From an uncultured virus (IMG/VR IMGVR_UViG_3300008120_000147) (taxonomy: Duplodnaviria; Heunggongvirae; Uroviricota; Caudoviricetes), in IMG/VR virus record IMGVR_UViG_3300008120_000147, positions 55,733-75,732 of that record: a stretch of 20,000 nucleotides of DNA; one strand, given 5' to 3'. A program made the translations under genes and the position numbers. Under the pieces are notes generated by a model. It was given only the letters and a program-made list of their open reading frames with translations. It had not been told where the DNA came from and did no database searches. Below, piece by piece: positions 16,901 through 20,000 of this stretch; position 1 is the stretch's first letter; the number at the start of each line of letters is the position of its first letter.

Positions 16901-17927
16901 TGGATTCAGAATAAGACAAGCATCTTTACCAGATGGTACAGAAACTAGACAAAATTCAATACTAAACTTAGTATCTAAAGGAACACCTTTATTCAAAGCA
17001 ATTACAAATAAAGAGGCAATAGACTTCAGATATCTAATTGATTCATTTGGATTAGGTCTTACTGAGAGATCAAAACAACAATTAGTTGATATATGTGGTG
17101 AAAGATTAGACGCATTTGGTATATTAAATATGCCATCTTTGAGACAATTCAAAAACTCTTCTTCACCATCATTTGTAAACGCAGAGGGTGTGTTACAATT
17201 AGAATATGTTGCACAAGGAGGTGATCCTGAAAGCAACCCGGCATTCCTTTACTCTTTTGGAGAAGGAGCTGGTTCTACTTGTGTAGGTTACTTTAGTCCA
17301 TACGTGTTAATTAATGACAACGGTAGACCATTAGAACACCCACCAGCACCATTCGTAGCAACTACATTTATGAGAAAACACATTTCAAATGTCACATCTG
17401 TTACACCGTGGACAATATCAGCTGGTATTACTAATGGTAGAATTACAAATATAAACGGACTTGAAATGGATTTCACACCGAGTGATGTAGAGTATATGAA
17501 TCAAGCACAAATGAATCCACTTGTATTCAAAAGAAACAGAGGATATGTAATTGAAACTGAAAACACTGCTCAAACACTTTACAAATCAGCTCTATCTTAC
17601 ATTCACGTTAGAGAGGTATTGATTGAACTTGAAAGAGATTTATCAGCTATGTTACTTGATTATCAGTGGAAATTTAACACATCTGATGTTAGAGCGGAAA
17701 TTAAACTAAGAGCTGACTCTATTTGTGAATCATTTGTAAGTAGAAATGGTCTTTATAACTTCTTCAACAAAATGGACGAAGAAAACAATACACCAGAGAT
17801 TATAGATAATCAAATTGGTGTTCTTGATACCTATGTAGAACCAATTAAAGGTATGGGTATTATTGTGAACAATATCACAATTCTAAGAACAGGAGCTATA
17901 AGCGCTGGTGGATTTATAAATCCTTAA
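13944..17927 (+). CDS. Contractile tail sheath protein (T4 gp18-like, enlarged)
   Basis: N-terminal RPGIFIEEFD and IIGVSKKGPVNTP..FEAIFG; C-terminal PPAPFVA, PWTISAGITNGRI, MNPL, SALSYIHVREVLI, MDEENNTPEIIDN, YVEP. Confidence 0.93.
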   Translation: MAIQIGKYKRPGIFIEEFDNSIIASPVVEGITNLIIGVSKKGPVNTPIRVQTVGDFEAIFGQLDRNLERKGSFFHRTVAKMLETAPVFAMNLLMTDDNLDLIDYKSMSSSAQYNNDILRDGPYRRFFDTTGFWKRDTESFINLTKNNTGYAERAFSFTNLSDRAISVFIFKSSLVGFNRTLLEWYGSIDKMPTYVNPQDYASDYLVDVVVVGGDWSNYQELAVDTRWSAYFNASGLRKEQIRNFANDRNVNLLAYYEGLSLIPYFRDLNGRNIFIETTINRDTDRTGLFCAFNTDLVEDDYYNGLLDIIGNTIVGQVEADIDFLSYKETIAEQIEITAVPLDLPGNVTSIFGATGAYSSGYQGQDEHAFGESGIYGPNGGGDPATTSAVINNGDNRTGWFGEGSVYNVEEGTTSLTGTGSISISYNVGAGAFAIIGDTYITLSTTSSTTETLTVNSSDYPISSSTNSYVATFVVDSTGEFKTITSTLAFDGTNYPTVSSTDVVLGYVTFGIGSNGQFAGGKTMSRVTIDSNGFKNLNFGTASGNDFYISEVNGVGSGDSIKIEFLGTNTQPSVRNYAQYRRFKMFNRLVNLIDSPNKNKMSLNLGKTKNYRKISFDQIEISDIQTNSTQNKSFVLKTGLTSSELSEVLQGQLVIYTLDNEFILGSESVSTKESAATTTDGVVAKYSKFYSRYYDGITNTRDFFYSNRLYQDYSGSTNTLLGEMVDITFLDGEVAAGLTSSYAGYDYIVFETDAMSATAAAIQLDFQTYEQILFPGAQLNKGTFTIVTNAVDPLMTPNELANELGIPNGFAYQINEEVEFEYLPEQNLVYNFLKKHYLKMYLENDGDLQVEFLDELLESDEDVNIEANNTFYIQSNKSNLKQTVEIEIPTSYVQTPNKILIKGDRYTEVKVGDFLEAYVDESTLQLGQYPRKLTRILSKRAWSGDSTLTEVTCDARIKKYNFGGDYQTMRYVSIENYVTTYKAIPLDGFRIRQASLPDGTETRQNSILNLVSKGTPLFKAITNKEAIDFRYLIDSFGLGLTERSKQQLVDICGERLDAFGILNMPSLRQFKNSSSPSFVNAEGVLQLEYVAQGGDPESNPAFLYSFGEGAGSTCVGYFSPYVLINDNGRPLEHPPAPFVATTFMRKHISNVTSVTPWTISAGITNGRITNINGLEMDFTPSDVEYMNQAQMNPLVFKRNRGYVIETENTAQTLYKSALSYIHVREVLIELERDLSAMLLDYQWKFNTSDVRAEIKLRADSICESFVSRNGLYNFFNKMDEENNTPEIIDNQIGVLDTYVEPIKGMGIIVNNITILRTGAISAGGFINP

Positions 17928-17946
17928 TTTAATCAAATAAAAATAG

Positions 17947-17973
17947 AAACCCTCAATTTATTGAGGGTTTTTT
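17947..17973 (+). terminator. Intrinsic terminator after the sheath gene
   Basis: AAACCCTCAA-TTTA-TTGAGGGTTT followed by TTT. Confidence 0.85.
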
Positions 17974-18058
17974 GTTTTATATTAAACTTTTAACGTATTA
18001 ATTATTATAATAGAGGAATAGTTATATAGAATATATATTTAAAAAATAACAAATTAAT

Positions 18059-19000
18059 ATGTCAAATAATAAGAATGAAATGTCTGAAGAAGAATACTTA
18101 AAAAGACATTTGACCGAAATGGATCAAGGTAAAAATCAATTTAGCGATATACCTTTCCAAAATGCAGAACCCGTGATAGAACAAAGAGTAGATGACTTAC
18201 ATTTCTTCAGTTTTGATGTAAAAGAATTACCTTGCGGTAAGTTTTATCCATCCGGAACACTACTACAAGTAAGAGCAGCACAAGTAAAAGAAATTCAAGC
18301 ATATTCAATGGTTGACGATAATAACTTTTACGATATAGTAGAAAAGATGAATTCTATGTTACAATCTTGTATAAGAGTAAAATACTCTGACGGTAGAGTT
18401 GGTTCTTATTTAGAAATTAGAGACCAAGATAGATTATATCTGATATTCCTTATAAGAGAATTGACTTTTCAACAGGGAAATAGTCTATCAGTAAAAACAA
18501 ATTGTAAAGCTTGTAATACAGAAACACAAATAGAAATAAAAAGAAGTACATTTGTATATTATGACGTAGATGAAAAATTAGAAAAATTCTACAGCCCATC
18601 TACAAATTCTTTTCATTTTAGATTGAAAAACGGAAAAGAATTCGAGGTGACACCTCCAAATATTGGTTTACAAAAATCTTTTACAGATTATATCATTAAA
18701 GAAAATCAAGAAAAAAGAACACCAAACCTTTCTTTCTTGAAAATAATTCCTTTTATGTTACCTGGTAGAACATCTATAACATACGATGGTATAAAATCAA
18801 AACTACGCGAATTTGAAGATATGGATGATATATCATTTCAATTTTTGAATTCAGCCATAGGTAAAATGACATTTGGTGTAAAAGAACTGAAATATGATTG
18901 TTCGTGCGGAGAGGAGGTCCGCACAGATATGCAATTTCCCAACGGAGCCTCAGGCATTTTCGTTATTCACGATGCCTTTGAAGCATATATTAAAGAATAA
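18059..19000 (+). CDS. T4 gp26-like baseplate hub / tail assembly chaperone
   Basis: ELPCGKFYP...VRAAQVKE, DRLYLIFLIRELTF, CKAC and CSCG zinc-type motifs typical of this myovirus family; located between sheath and tube. Confidence 0.65.
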   Translation: MSNNKNEMSEEEYLKRHLTEMDQGKNQFSDIPFQNAEPVIEQRVDDLHFFSFDVKELPCGKFYPSGTLLQVRAAQVKEIQAYSMVDDNNFYDIVEKMNSMLQSCIRVKYSDGRVGSYLEIRDQDRLYLIFLIRELTFQQGNSLSVKTNCKACNTETQIEIKRSTFVYYDVDEKLEKFYSPSTNSFHFRLKNGKEFEVTPPNIGLQKSFTDYIIKENQEKRTPNLSFLKIIPFMLPGRTSITYDGIKSKLREFEDMDDISFQFLNSAIGKMTFGVKELKYDCSCGEEVRTDMQFPNGASGIFVIHDAFEAYIKE

Positions 19001-19223
19001 ACTTTTACTTCAGAAACATTTCAATCTTCAAGAATTATCAATTGATAAATGGCCATTTTGGATGTTCGAAGAAAATATTAAAATTGTTAATGAGATTGTT
19101 GAAGAGGAAGAAAAACAGAGAAAGAAAGACGAAGAAGCTCAAAACAAACAAATGGGTAACTTCGATGCAAACTCAATGATGAGAAATGCACAAAGTATGA
19201 CAAACAATGTCCCTAAATTTTAA
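18972..19223 (+). CDS. gp51-like hub assembly/chaperone partner (possibly the C-terminal part of a frameshift fusion)
   Basis: LLLQKHFNLQELSIDKWPFWMFEENIKIVNEIVEEEEK resembles the short T4-like cyanophage 'gp51' pattern (LMQHHKYSLTEIENMIPWE...IEEEN); overlaps the upstream gene in the +1 frame. Confidence 0.6.
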   Translation: MPLKHILKNKLLLQKHFNLQELSIDKWPFWMFEENIKIVNEIVEEEEKQRKKDEEAQNKQMGNFDANSMMRNAQSMTNNVPKF

Positions 19224-19225
19224 AT

Positions 19226-19291
19226 AAAAAACCCTCAGATTCTGAGGGTTTTTTTTGCACAAAAAAAACCCTCTTTATTAAAGAGGGTTTT
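19226..19291. terminator. Two tandem intrinsic terminators between convergent genes
   Basis: AAAAAACCCTCAG-ATT-CTGAGGGTTTTTT (19226-19254) and AAAACCCTCTTT-ATT-AAAGAGGGTTTT (19265-19291). Confidence 0.85.
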
Positions 19292-19308
19292 ACTAAATAT
19301 TTTTAGTA

Positions 19309-19944
19309 TTAGTATAATCCAGTAGGAGCCGCAACAGTTTGCTCACTAGCACTATCAATGTATTCATCAACAAAGTAATCCCATACAAATGTTCCTGTAA
19401 CATCCTGAACGATTGTATTAGAAGACCAATCTAAATCCCAACCAGTCAATGACTTTAACTGAACACTATTAAAAGTTACTCTTCTTAACACAACACCTTT
19501 TTTATCGTGTTGGTTTACAATAATAGAACCAATAAGGTCTGCTTTATAGTGAGTATAACCATTTTGAGAGTTAAATAACAAATCATACCAAGCTTTTAAC
19601 GTATTCCAAACTTCCATTGAACCAGCATCATTAACATTGACTTGGAATGGTATAGAAAGTTCACCAGACGTTTTAGTTGGTGTAGTTAAAAACTCTCTTG
19701 TTGAATACTTAAAACGTTGAGTAGCTTGTCCAACATCAAAGGCTGTAAGGTTAGCACCTCCTAAGTTTACTTTTGTAGCATTTTCTAACAAAAGAACTGG
19801 GTCTCTACCTTGATCATCTACTAATATTGTAGGTAAGATAAAAGTTATCTCAAATAAGTTAAGATACACAACTTCTTCTGGTAATGAACCAGGAACTCCC
19901 GGTGTTCCAGTTTGTTTTAAATTGGTAAAATGTGGTAATGGCAT
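19309..19944 (-). CDS. Tail tube protein (T4 gp19-like)
   Basis: YLNLFEITF, LKAWYDLLFNSQNG..YKADL, IVNQHDKKGVVLRRVTF, LDWSSN...TFVWDYF follow the gp19 family layout; 211 aa. Confidence 0.82.
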   Translation of the reverse strand: MPLPHFTNLKQTGTPGVPGSLPEEVVYLNLFEITFILPTILVDDQGRDPVLLLENATKVNLGGANLTAFDVGQATQRFKYSTREFLTTPTKTSGELSIPFQVNVNDAGSMEVWNTLKAWYDLLFNSQNGYTHYKADLIGSIIVNQHDKKGVVLRRVTFNSVQLKSLTGWDLDWSSNTIVQDVTGTFVWDYFVDEYIDSASEQTVAAPTGLY

Positions 19945-20000
19945 CTTTTTTTTATTATTTTTTATTTAATTTATAAACAAATTATGTATTATATATTATA

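Noticed and set aside
5696..17476. Small overlapping ORFs (5696, 9446, 10570, 11305, 11680, 12283, 12760, 14086, 14995, 16868, 17288)
   Set aside because: Antisense or off-frame to well-supported long genes, with no motifs
13944..19944. Tailocin or extracellular contractile injection system
   Set aside because: Terminase and clamp loader in the same region indicate a full phage
1..20000. Stop-codon reassignment (code 15 or 4) as in some large phages
   Set aside because: Long genes are intact in the standard code; TAG and TGA serve as sensible stops (1422, 3836, 8053, 8901, 13884)
1..20000. tRNA, rRNA, integrase or transposase
   Set aside because: None recognisable; intergenic gaps are short and explained by promoters and terminators

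Overview
AT-rich, densely coding window from a large tailed myovirus-type phage with distant T4-like genes, most likely infecting a Bacteroidota host. Core genes: clamp-loader ATPase, gp25-like baseplate wedge, large terminase with a divergently transcribed probable small terminase, a 1327-aa tail sheath, a tail tube, and a gp26-like/gp51-like hub or tail-chaperone pair. Accessory genes: SET-domain methyltransferase, isochorismatase-like hydrolase, ClpS, two HAD-fold proteins, a spanin-like membrane pair and a DUF6576-like protein. Main patterns read from the sequence: (1) a shared M-K/R-x-L/I-K-x-F/Y-E-x-F/Y peptide tag resembling the T4 capsid-targeting sequence on unrelated proteins, including the SET enzyme; (2) a WATATATA motif upstream of most transcription units (candidate late promoter), versus two exact Bacteroidota sigma-A promoters on host-like genes; (3) a GC-rich double hairpin in the overlap of the chaperone pair (candidate frameshift or coupling signal); (4) a 46-bp tandem duplication that frameshifts a Gln/Gly-repeat gene. 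All family assignments are from motif recognition, not database searches.
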